Position numbers and translations under genes: made by a program. A stretch of DNA of 64,000 nucleotides. It comes from the human T2T-CHM13v2.0 reference genome, Homo sapiens. Shown here in pieces: positions 27,317-37,670 of this stretch. The stretch's first letter is position 1; each line of letters opens with the position of its first letter. The notes beneath the pieces were generated by a model that saw nothing but the letters and a program-made list of their open reading frames with translations, did no database searches and was not told the DNA's origin. The stretch lies in assembly GCF_009914755.1 (NCBI RefSeq), contig NC_060947.1; one strand, written 5' to 3'.

Positions 27317-27829
27317 CTACCCAGAAATTATTTCATCACGATTTCTTCTATTCCACCTGTGCCTGAAGCAATTGTAGTGACAATAACGTGATAGAAAGGA
27401 CACAGTGCGGGTACTCCATTCTATGTTTGGGTCATGTGTCTCAAGCCAATGGATTCCAATAATCAGAGGGTATCGTGGTGCATGAATAATGTCAAACTGG
27501 AGCTCTTCAACATGGTTTCCAATTTGAACTTGGACAGGTGATGTTTCCTTAGTTATGGGTCCATTAATAAGTGGATGGCCGTCGACAGTTTCCAGCATCA
27601 GAGGGAAGATATTACTGCGGATGGGCAGCTTCTCTCGAAGAACCACAGTATGATCAATGCTGTTTCTGTAGGAGCCTGAATCTACCATTGCTTGCTCAAA
27701 GAATTATCTTCTTCCCAGTTGGATTTCAACAGTAAGCCATAGTGTATGAGACATGGATATTGGAAGAGAGGGGGACGCATATTTGTAGATTGGCCCACGT
27801 GGGGTCCCCCTTACTGGCAGGCCTGGATG
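27317..27829 (-). pseudogene. RTL3: RTL3 pol-like ORF2 (-1 frame): PEG10-like retropepsin domain, interrupted by one in-frame TAA at 27704-27706
   Basis: The -1 frame reads HPGLPVRGTPRGP...VEIQLGRR*FFEQAMVDSGSYRNSIDH...ETVDGHPLINGPI...PLIIGIHWLETHDPNIEWSTRTVSF. It has a catalytic DSG and a second hydrophobic-hydrophobic-Gly motif, and is colinear with the PEG10 protease as recalled. Confidence 0.88.
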
Positions 27830-27835
27830 TTTCCC
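27769..27835 (-). promoter_or_regulatory. -1 programmed ribosomal frameshift signal: G_GGA_AAC (27835-27829) plus predicted H-type pseudoknot
   Basis: Heptamer correctly phased in the gag frame, spacer ATCCA, stem 1 GGCCTGC/GTGGGCC, stem 2 AGGGGGAC/GTCCCCCT. Confidence 0.85.
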
Positions 27836-29238
27836 GCCTGCAGGGCCTGATGAGGCTTGACAGGGCAATCTCTGGCAAAATGACCAGGATAACCACAGTA
27901 GAGGCATAAGCGGCCTTTGTGCCAACGGACCCATTCAGCTTCACTGATGTGTGGGCAGTTGATTGCAGCCTGCATAGGTTGGTTTTCAGCTGGTGGACTC
28001 TCGGGTCCATCTCCCTCTGCAGAGGAACTTTTCCCTAATGGATTGGGATCAGGCTTCTCTTCCAGGCTGATGCACTGAGTGATGAGATCAGATAGGTTGG
28101 TGGCTGGGCTTGTGTGAGACAGTTCATCTTGTATAGAACTGGCAAGACCTTCTTGAAATTGGATCCAGAGAGTGCTTTCATCCCAGTTCAGCTCTTGAGC
28201 AATGAGGTGGAAGTGGGTTGCTACATGACCCTCCCCTTGGCAGAGTTGATGGATGCACTGGTTGGCATCTTTCATGTTTTCTGGATTATCAAAAGTATCC
28301 TGGAGCACAGGTATGAAACTTTCACATTGCTCCAGTAAGGGGCTTTGGATATCCAGTAAGAGCTGGAACCACCATCCTGCCCTACCTGAGAAGCAATTGC
28401 CAACAAAGCTCACCAGGGCTGCTTCAGTGGGATACAGGTGCCCTCTGACTCTCATGTAACTATACAGCTGAACCAGGAACTCAGGAAGCTTCTGGGAATC
28501 TCCACTGAAGGTTAAAGTGTATTGCAGGGGGAAATCTGTAGCCTCTAACCCAATAGGGGCCTGTGGAAACTCTGAAGCTGCTGATGTCTCCACAACTATT
28601 AGACCCTCCAGGGACTCCTGGGCTGCTGAGAGTTCTAGGAATTCCTGGGCATTTGAAGGCTCCAGAGGCTCCTGGGGAGGTGGAAGCTCAAGGAACTCTA
28701 GCTGTGCTGCAGTTTCCTGGTATTCTGGTGCCTCCTGGGGCTTCTCAATATTTGGGGGATCCTGGGGTTCTGAATTCTTGGGCTCTTGGGCTATTGTGGC
28801 ATCCTGGGTGTTTGCAGGCCCCTGGCCCTCCAAGACTGTTGGGATCTCATGGGCCATTGGAGGTTTCTGGGACTCCCGGGTTGCTGGAGGCGCCAGGGAC
28901 TCTGGGGCTGCTGGGGCCTCCTGGAGTTCCCAGGCTGCTGGGGGTTCCCAGGGTAGAAGATCCTGTGGCTCTGGTGGCTTCTGGGGTTCCTTGAACTCTG
29001 GGGTCTTTTGGGCCTCCCAGGCTGCTGGGGGATTCATGTGCTCTGGGAGCTTCTGGGGCTCCTTGGCCTCTGAGGACTTTCGGAGTAGATCATACTCCTT
29101 GGCTGCTTGGGACTTCTGAAGCTCTGGGATCTGGGCCTGGAGAGCAGCATTTTCTTCCATCAGCCACTGCACTTGAGCCTGCCGAATTTCATTCTCCAAT
29201 TTCAGAACAATATAGGAGGCTGCTAAGTCCTCCACCAT
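27811..29238 (-). CDS. RTL3: Retrotransposon Gag-like protein 3 (ZCCHC5/MART3/SIRH9), 475 aa, domesticated Ty3/gypsy gag
   Basis: Intact intronless ORF with strong Kozak (AAGATGG). N-terminal helix (MVEDLAASYIVLKLENEIRQAQVQWLMEENAALQAQ), capsid-like domain (FSGDSQKLPEFL...AQELNWDE...QEGL) and CCHC knuckle CLYCGYPGHFARDC (27865-27906). Sequence recognised as ZCCHC5/RTL3. Confidence 0.96.
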   Translation of the reverse strand: MVEDLAASYIVLKLENEIRQAQVQWLMEENAALQAQIPELQKSQAAKEYDLLRKSSEAKEPQKLPEHMNPPAAWEAQKTPEFKEPQKPPEPQDLLPWEPPAAWELQEAPAAPESLAPPATRESQKPPMAHEIPTVLEGQGPANTQDATIAQEPKNSEPQDPPNIEKPQEAPEYQETAAQLEFLELPPPQEPLEPSNAQEFLELSAAQESLEGLIVVETSAASEFPQAPIGLEATDFPLQYTLTFSGDSQKLPEFLVQLYSYMRVRGHLYPTEAALVSFVGNCFSGRAGWWFQLLLDIQSPLLEQCESFIPVLQDTFDNPENMKDANQCIHQLCQGEGHVATHFHLIAQELNWDESTLWIQFQEGLASSIQDELSHTSPATNLSDLITQCISLEEKPDPNPLGKSSSAEGDGPESPPAENQPMQAAINCPHISEAEWVRWHKGRLCLYCGYPGHFARDCPVKPHQALQAGNIQACQ

Positions 29239-29466
29239 CTTTTGAGGAAATGGGTATGATTTGACAATTTGCTACCAAGAGAGATTGGGTGGGTGTTTGT
29301 GAGATCCTTCCTGAAAGCTGCTTACAGGCAGATGTCAGGCTCAGTGAGTTTTCCAAGGGGTGGTATTTGGGCCCCGCCAAGGCTGATTATCAAGAGGTCA
29401 CTGGGAGCCTCCGGAGCTCGGCAAGAAGGAGCCTCCGGAGCTCAGTAAGGGGAAGTGTCAGATACA

Positions 29467-30076
29467 CTGCGAAGAGAGTGGGAGCTGAGGATCAGAAACT
29501 GTGGAAAGCACACATTCAACATAAAACAAAATCTGCCCAACAATGCTGGGTTTCTTTTACCATAGGCTTATGTTCATGAGCTGGGGTATATATGCTGGAT
29601 CTGACTCCACGACATTTTAAGAACAGCATCTGTCCCAAACTGCACATGTCATTTTGCATTTATCCTTTGAAACTTAACATTATATCAAAAGCAACTTTTT
29701 AATATTATTTTCTGTTTTATATAGTCTTTAATCTTGAATATCTGCCTAATATCCCAATGTAACATTTGGATTTTAACAGCTGCTTTCAGTGACTAAATCA
29801 AATGTTTGAGCAATGTGGGAATTTTAGGCTCTGCGGTGGGCCAGCCCAAGAGATATTTTTGGGTGACTAGGGTGGTAGGAAGTAGGAGGGAGCTCTTTCT
29901 GACACCTCAGAAATCATACCACATAAGTAACCACACAAGACCAGCCTCAGGAGAAAACAAGCAAAAGTCGACTAAATATATATATATATATATATATGCC
30001 CTCAGAAGACACATGCATATTATTTATAAAATACCTCAAAATAGTTAAGAAAATAATCTTTATAAATGTACGTTAC
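29467..30076 (-). other. Candidate 5'-UTR intron of RTL3
   Basis: Donor ATG|GTAACG at 30077/30076. Pyrimidine-rich acceptor CTCCCACTCTCTTCGCAG ending at 29467, with alternatives at 29485 and 29499. Inferred from motifs only. Confidence 0.45.
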
Positions 30077-31972
30077 CATTCAGAGACTTAGTCCAGGAGC
30101 TTGGCTGTCTGTGTACCCATTGCTGAGGAGGGAAATGTGTAAATGGCTGTGGAGGCTTGCCTTTTCTGCACACACTGAACTCAAGCAAACACACCCACTC
30201 CCAGAACACATTCCAACTTTCCTCTGTAACATAGCTTTTTAAAGTGTGGAAGAGTTTTTTGACAGTACCTCACAGTTCAGAGCTGCAAGGAAAGTAGGAT
30301 GCTGTGCTGATGTGAAGCAGCTTCATGTACTCAGTCCTTGGTTACTTTAATGAATATTTGGCCAGGAAATTGTGAGTAATACCACTGCCCTTGTGAAAAG
30401 TTGCAAACATTTTTGAATGACCACAGTGGTTTGGGATGTGATTTTTTATGTCTGTCTCATCTAACCTATTCTTACTCTGTCCAAATTGGGCCATTTGTTT
30501 ACTTCTCACTCAGGGAACAGCCTGCAAACCCTCAGCCCCTTCCCTTGCTTACTACCTATTCAGTCCCTAGGGTTTTTCCTTGCAATGTTTTCTTGGAAAA
30601 TTTGCCACAGACAGATCTAGAAAAGGTATAAAAGGGTACAAATGTCAGGGAGACCAATTGTGTTGGTGGGTACTTATAGCAGTCTTACAGAGTCCCTGGC
30701 TCTTTCTGAATGTCCTGGACCAAAGATCTCATGCTTCCCTGAACTGATCAGGTGCTCCAGGTAGCACTCAGGACATTCACTAAAGACTGGCCTCTTGGGA
30801 AGTAACCCTGCTCAGAATCTCACTTTCTCTTCTCATGCCAGATCACAGTTATGCCTTGGGTATGGGCTATGTGGCCATTTTAGGCAAGGCTTAGGGGCAA
30901 CTATTTTTATCCAAGTAAGGAGTGGGGTTGAGGTTTGCATTTGGCCATTTCAAATCACACATCATGTCAACCACAGTCCCATGTCTCCTTCACAAATGGT
31001 CAGTTCTGCATTAGTCAGCATAATGGGATAAACCCTAGTGATGGAATAGGCCCAAAACATAGCAAATTGACAGACTGGGCTACCTGAATCCGAATGCAGA
31101 AGCTTTGAAAGTAAAAACAAAATCTTTTGCAAATCGAGTTTATTCTTTCCTTACCTTTCAAAGTTTTATTTTTCTAGAAACACCACACATATAAAAATAC
31201 CACCATCATCAGGGATGATGTGATCTATTTATGTGAAGTTTTCAGATAACTGAAGCCTTCCTGCCCTCCAAGAAGCCAAAACACACAGTTAACATTTATT
31301 TTATCCAGAAAGAAAAGAGAACTTCCAACACCTGAATTTGTAACGGGCTTAGTTAGGGAACAACTATTAATTGAAACTCTTTCCTAATGTTTAGCAATTT
31401 CTGTAACAATGAGTTTGAAGGTTCAATACTGGACATCAAGTTGAAATTTAATAAAGAGTATTTCAATTTAAAAAAATCAGAGAAATATTTATAGCATATG
31501 TTATACCTCTTTGTCCATTCTTAAGAAATGATTTTGCATATAATTTAATCCAGTTTTAATGGTTTGGATTCATACTTACACAAACCAGCTAGTTTACCCT
31601 GTTGTAACACAGTGTTGCCCTCTGAAAGCTACTGAGAGGTATAAAGTGGTCTGTCTTCAAATTAAAAACTTCCAAATTGCTATGTTTTGCGACTTCTTGT
31701 ATTTTCTTTTCCTTTATATTTTTATACTCTTTTGCAATCAAGTTGTAACATAGCCCTTCATGTTATACCTATATGCCTGTCTATACTTACCCTATACAAA
31801 TTTGGCAAATTACTTCATCCTTCTGATAGTTAGAATCTAAACTTTAGTTTATGAAACTGTAAAATGAAGTTATTAATATTATTTGACTTTATAGGGTTGT
31901 CAAAAATTCAGTGAAATAATGTGTGAAAAAAGGATTAGCACAGTGTCTGGCAGCTAATAACACCCAATAAAG

Positions 31973-31974
<2 letters not shown>

Positions 31975-32007
<33 letters not shown>
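31975..32007. repeat. (AAT)n at the tail of a MIR-like remnant
   Basis: Direct reading. Confidence 0.9.
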
Positions 32008-34861
32008 GCTGTAGCAGCAGTAATCTCATTTTAATTTATTCTTTTTAATCACCTGTGAATTGGGAAACTGAATAGGTAAACATGCTAGAGTTGTGTAGAG
32101 GCTGAGAAAGGGGTCTCATACCGAGAAATCTACAGTGCATCGATTTTACAGCATTGGTTTTTCACCACTTGGGAACTTTTATCTATTCTTCCTTGCTGGG
32201 ATATAGATGGTTTAGTTTCCAGATAGTACTCTAGAATCAGGACTGGAGGCACCTGAGCAGGAAGATTAGAAGATTAAAACTGGAATTGTGAAGCAGCCAA
32301 GATAGATGTTTAAAAAGTTCATGGACTAAAGCACTGAAAAGTGTCTTGCCTACAGGAATATTTATTCAGTGTATAAACACAGAAACCTTTCCTTCCCCAG
32401 CCCCCTACACTAAACAGCAAAGACCGAATTCACCGTCCTTAAGTACAAGTTCAAACTGCCTAAACATAGAGAATTATTCTTTTCTGGGTGGAAAAGGCAG
32501 CTACACAGACTTTTGTCAAAACGCCTAAAGTGGTTTCAGCATCCTGAATTAGTTAAGTGAGAACAGGAAAGTAAGAATAAGAAAGTAATCACATCCAAAT
32601 TTTCATCATGTTTCCCCTACACTGTAATTCTTCTTCATACATTTACAATATGATGGAATGTATGGATCCTTTAGAACGGTCATGAAAATATTTTAAGTAA
32701 ATGAGATTTTGTTAACTATGCAAATGAATATTTCAGGGAGAAAAGAGACAAATATGCTCATTTAACAGATATAAAAAGACTACACACTAATAAGAAATAT
32801 TCAGGCTCAGTTATGTTAATAAGCTACATATGCTGATTGTTAGCTTAGGGAGAAAAGGAAAGAAAAGGTTGAATGCAATGCAGTTCTACTTTGTACATTC
32901 CACTGGCTCATAATTTTCTTTCGTCGGCAAATATACAAACTAAATGTTTTAGGTCTCTCCCAGGGTCTTCCTCCCCTAAGCTGGCTGGGCTGCATCTTTA
33001 AGCAACTCCAGCTTCTGTCCCTCCCTTTTCCCACTCTGAAAAACAGTCAATGGGACAGTTTACCCTACAGGTCTCTGGCGCAAGGCCCAGTCACCCCTTG
33101 GGGGCAGTCCCATCCTGGTGTGTGTTTTATTTAACATATTATTCCTATGGTTACATTATAGCTTGCAACACTTTCTTAAATTTAACCTATAATGTGATTA
33201 GTACAGAATGAAACTTTTCATTGTCAACAACACCCCATAATATAGCACTGGGGCAACAGGAGTTCCCAATTTCTCTGGAAGTTAGAAGGCTGACCAAAAA
33301 TTCTCTTTACTCATAAGGCCAGGACCCAGAGGACCTAGTAATGGTATGGAAACAGAGTCTATCCCACACAGGAGTCAAAATTTGTCACTCATCTCCCTTT
33401 ACGAAATTTACAACCTTCTCACTTTATTTCTTATCCCATACTTAGGAGGCTTTTCCGCTTGATCAGCTGTCACACTGGGAAAGTAAGGCCCTACTGAAAT
33501 ACTAACTCGTAAGACTTTAAAAAATCTTTCTTGGGGGTGTGTGCATTTTCATAGGATATTTTGAAAGACTGCAATCCATTCAAGACTCTTCTGTTAGGAG
33601 AGATACCCTTGGTCAGAGATATCATTTTGGTGTCCTTCAGATTACACCTTGTCAGTGGCCTTATATTTGATTTCCTTATAAAGTTGACCCAATATGGCCC
33701 CTAGTATTAGCAGCAGATATGCTTAATGATTTTAATGCTCTGATTTCACTAAATCCTTGTGAAGGCACCAGGGTGCCTTAGTTTCCTCACCAGGGCTGAG
33801 GAAACTGCCATCACAGCCTAACCACGGAATGCGGGACTTTGCTATAACCCCACTTCTGGGGATGCACTTATTGTAGAGATCTGTCCTTCTCCTCTACTTC
33901 CTGGACCTCTTACTCTCTGAGGCCTACCAATGCTGGCTCACCCAGAAGTCAGACTAAGTTTAAGCTGATGGTACCAGCAAAGCAGGAGAGATGGGGAAAG
34001 ACAAGATGGAGGGAGAAGCGGGGAGATGAGGGGCTACAGATGGAGAGAAGGAGAAAGGGAGAGAGAGAAAAAAAGAGGGAGGGATATGGGGAGAAAGAGA
34101 GGGTAGGGGAGAAGGCGAGGAGAAGGAAAGATAATATCAGGAAATCTAGAAAGGAGCTTAAAACCTCAGCATAGGTACATTTTGGTCAGTGAAAGATAAA
34201 ATTTAATTTTATAGTTTAGCATTTTAAAAATTAGATAAAATAATGAAGCATTATCTTTTAAGTGTTTAAGCTTACCTCTACAGGTCTTAATTAGTCCATA
34301 GTGGGTGATATGGTCTTTAAAGGTTTGCAGACTGCTGAAGGAGTGATGGTAGAGCCTCAGTGGGACTGAAGAGGACAGTAAGAGTGTAGAAGTGGAAGAT
34401 GTAGGAGTGACTGTGGTGCTGAGGAGAAAGAATACCAAAATTGGCCATTTTTCTGTGTGCTACAAATAAGATATCAGTTGTTAAAGTGCTTTAAAAATGT
34501 GCTAATGGAAAGAACTCAAGCTTTGAAGTAAGGCAGGACTAGTTTCAATTCCCACCTCTGCTGTTTGCTAGTTGTATCTAGTTGTATGGTCTTGTCCAAG
34601 TTGCTTAAATTCTCTGAAACTCATTTTCCTCACTTGGAAAATAGGAGATAACAATGGGTAATTACTGAGTTGCTGCGAGGATTAGAAATAATGTTAGTAT
34701 TTAATAATAGGCATTTTCTGAGTTGTAGCTTATGATAAAAATCATATTGACAGTGGAAAGAATTGTCATTGATTTTCATGTCAGCTTATCTAGTGCATTC
34801 AAGCAAAATTCTTCTCAATTTTTTCCATATAAACTCAACATAATATGATTGCTCCAATATG

Positions 34862-35234
34862 TAGATGCTCCTCATCTTATGACTTACAATAGGGTTATGT
34901 CCTGGTAAAGCCATTGTAAGTTGAAAATATCATAAGTTGAAAATGCATTTAACATACCTAATCTACGGAACATCATAACTTTGCCTAGCCTATCTCAAAT
35001 GTGCTCATAATACTTACATTAGTCTACAGTTGGGCAAAATCATCTAATACAAAGCCTGTTTTATAACAAAGTGTTGAATATCTCATGTAATTTATTGAAT
35101 ATTGCACTGAAAGTGAAAAGCAGAATGATTGTGTGAGTATAGGAAGTACGGTTTCTACTGAATGCATATTGCTTTTGTATCATTGTAAAGTCAAAAAATC
35201 GTGTGTTGAACCATCATGAATCAGGGACTATCTG
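34862..35234. mobile_element. MER47A-like Tigger-family MITE
   Basis: About 370 bp with ends (T)AGATGCTCCTCA.../...TCAGGGACTATCTG. Internal text matches the recalled MER47A consensus. Confidence 0.8.
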
Positions 35235-35740
35235 TATTTTGCTTTCCATAATGTCAATCTACATTTCTTCTTTCTCACCTTCTTTCTTCAAATATTTATT
35301 GAGTATTCAGGTGGTTAAAGTCACTGTGCTGTGGTTGTCTATATGCACGTGTGGGTGTATGTATGTGTGAGGGGGTGTGATGTATGTGTTTGTGATGCAT
35401 ATGCTGAGTGAGGAATACAAAGATGAATGCTCTTGGAGCTTTTTCTCAAGGAGTTTACAGGCCAGTGGAACAGGAAAAATATGTACTTTCCTATTAATAT
35501 GCAGAAATCTCTCAGTGCTAAATGTTATGTGAGAGATAAAGATAAAGTCCTCCAAAGGTAGAAAACTTGTGGATGTGGTGGGGTGTGGTAGAGAGGAGTG
35601 AGGGGTGAAATTTTGGAAAGCTTAATAGAAGAGGTGGCTTTTGAGTTGAGCTTTTGAATTTGAATTTGAGAGAAGGGTAAGATTTGATCATCCCAGTATG
35701 AGGGTGAATTTAGAATGGATGAAGAAAAAAAAGCAACTCT

Positions 35741-37670
35741 GCTGCTGTAAAGATACCTGAAAATGTGGAAGCGACTTTGGAACTGTGTAACAGGCAGAGG
35801 TTGGAATAGTTTAGAAGGCTCAGAAGAAGATAGGAAAATGTAGGAATGTTTGGAATTTCCTAGAGACTTGGAGGGCTCAGAAGACAGGAAGATTTGGGAA
35901 AGTTTGGAACTTCCTAGAGACTTGCTGAATGGCTTTGACCAAAATGCTGACAGTGATATGGACACTAAAGTCCAGGCTGTGGTGGTCTTAGATGGAGATG
36001 AGGAACTTTTTGGGAACTAAAGGTGACGCTTGTTATGTTTTAGAAAACAAACTGGTGGAATTTTGCCCCTGCCCTAGAGATCTGTGAAACTTTGAACTTG
36101 AGAGAGAGAATTTAGGGTGTCTGGTAGAAGAAATTTCTAAGCGGCAAAGCATTCAAGAGGAAGTAGAGCATAAAAGTTTGGAAAATTTGCAGCCTGGTGA
36201 TGCAATAGAAAAGAAAAACCAATTTTTCTGGGAAGAAATTCAAGCCTGCTGCATAAATTTGCATAAGTAACAAGGAGCTGAATGTTAATCACCAAGACAA
36301 TAGGGAAAATATCTCCAGGACATGTTAGAGGCCTTTGCTAAAGGCCCTCCTATCACAGGCCTCAAGGCCTAGAAGGAAAACATGGTTTTGTGGGCTGGGC
36401 CAGGGCCCCTCTGTTGTATGCAGCCTAAGGATCTGGTGTCCTGCTTCCCAGCTTCTCTAGCCCTGGCTAAAAGGGACCAAGGTACAGCTCAGGCTGTGGC
36501 TTTGGAGGGTGCAAGCCCTGATCTTGGCAGCTTCCACATGGTGTTGAGCCTGTGGATACACAGAAGTCAAGAATAGAGGTTTGGGAACCTCTGCTTAGAT
36601 TTCAGAAGATGTGTAGAAACATGTGAATGTCCAGGCAAAAGTTTGCTGTAGGGGCAGAGACTTCATGAAGAACCTCTGCTAAGGCAATGTGGAAAGGAAA
36701 TAAGAGGTGGGAGCCCCCACACAGAGTCTCCACTGGGGGACTGCCTAGTGGAGCTGGGAGAAGAGGGCCACCATCCCTCAGACCACACAATGGTAGATCC
36801 ACCAACAGTTTTCATGGTACACCTGGAAAAGCCACAGACCCTCAACACCAAGCCATGAAAGCAACCAGGAGGGGAGCTGTGCCATGCAAAGTCACAGGGG
36901 TGGAGCTACCCAAGGCTGTGGGAGCCCACCTCTTGCATCAATGTGCCCTGGATTTGAAACATGGAGTCAAAGGAGATCATTTTGGAACTTTATGGTTTCA
37001 TGACTGCCTTATTGGATTTCAGACTTGTATGGGGCCTCTAGCCCCTTTGTTTTGGCCAATTTCTCCCATTTGGAGTGGGTGTATCTACCCGATGCCTGTA
37101 CCCCCACTGTATCTAGAAAGTAACTAACTTGGCTTTGATTTTATGGGCTCGCAGGTGGAAGGAACTTGCCTTCTCTCAGATGAGACTTTGGACTATGGAC
37201 TTTTGAGTTAATACTGAAATGATTAAAGACTTTGGGGGACTGTTAGGAACTCATGATTGGTTTTGAAATGTAAGGACATGATATTTGAGAGGGGCTGGGG
37301 TGGAATGATGCAGTTTGGCTGTCTCCCCACCCAAATCTTATTTTGAATTATAGCTCCCATAACTCCCCCATGTCGTGGGATGGACCTGGGCAGAGATAAT
37401 TGAATCATGGGGGTGAGTCTTTCCAGTGCTGTTCTCATGATAGTGAATAAGTCTCATGAGATCTGATGGTTTTATAGTGGGGAGTTCCCCTGCACAAGTT
37501 CTCTCTTCTCTGCCACCATGTAAGATGTGACTTTGCTCCTTCTTGCTTTCTGCCATGATTGTGAGGCCTCCCCAGCCATGTGGAACTGTGAGTCAATTAA
37601 ACCTCTTTTCTTTATAAATTATCCAGTCTCTGGAATGTCTTTATTAGCAGCATCAGAACAGACTAATACA
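35741..37670 (+). mobile_element. THE1 internal region plus 3' LTR (37306-37670); 5' LTR absent
   Basis: Colinear with 1556-3404 of this window. The LTR ends GACTAATACA. Confidence 0.9.

Noticed and set aside
27726-28010. 94-aa minus ORF in the third frame overlapping the gag end
   Set aside because: It has no family motifs. The -1 frame, not this one, follows the slippery site and resembles PEG10.
28517-29119. 200-aa and 143-aa plus-strand ORFs antisense to RTL3
   Set aside because: They are shadows of the repetitive P/E/Q linker: low-complexity G/S/W text, non-ATG starts and no recognisable domain.
33985-34160. 68-aa R/E/K/G-rich ORF
   Set aside because: It is the translation of a GA-rich low-complexity tract.
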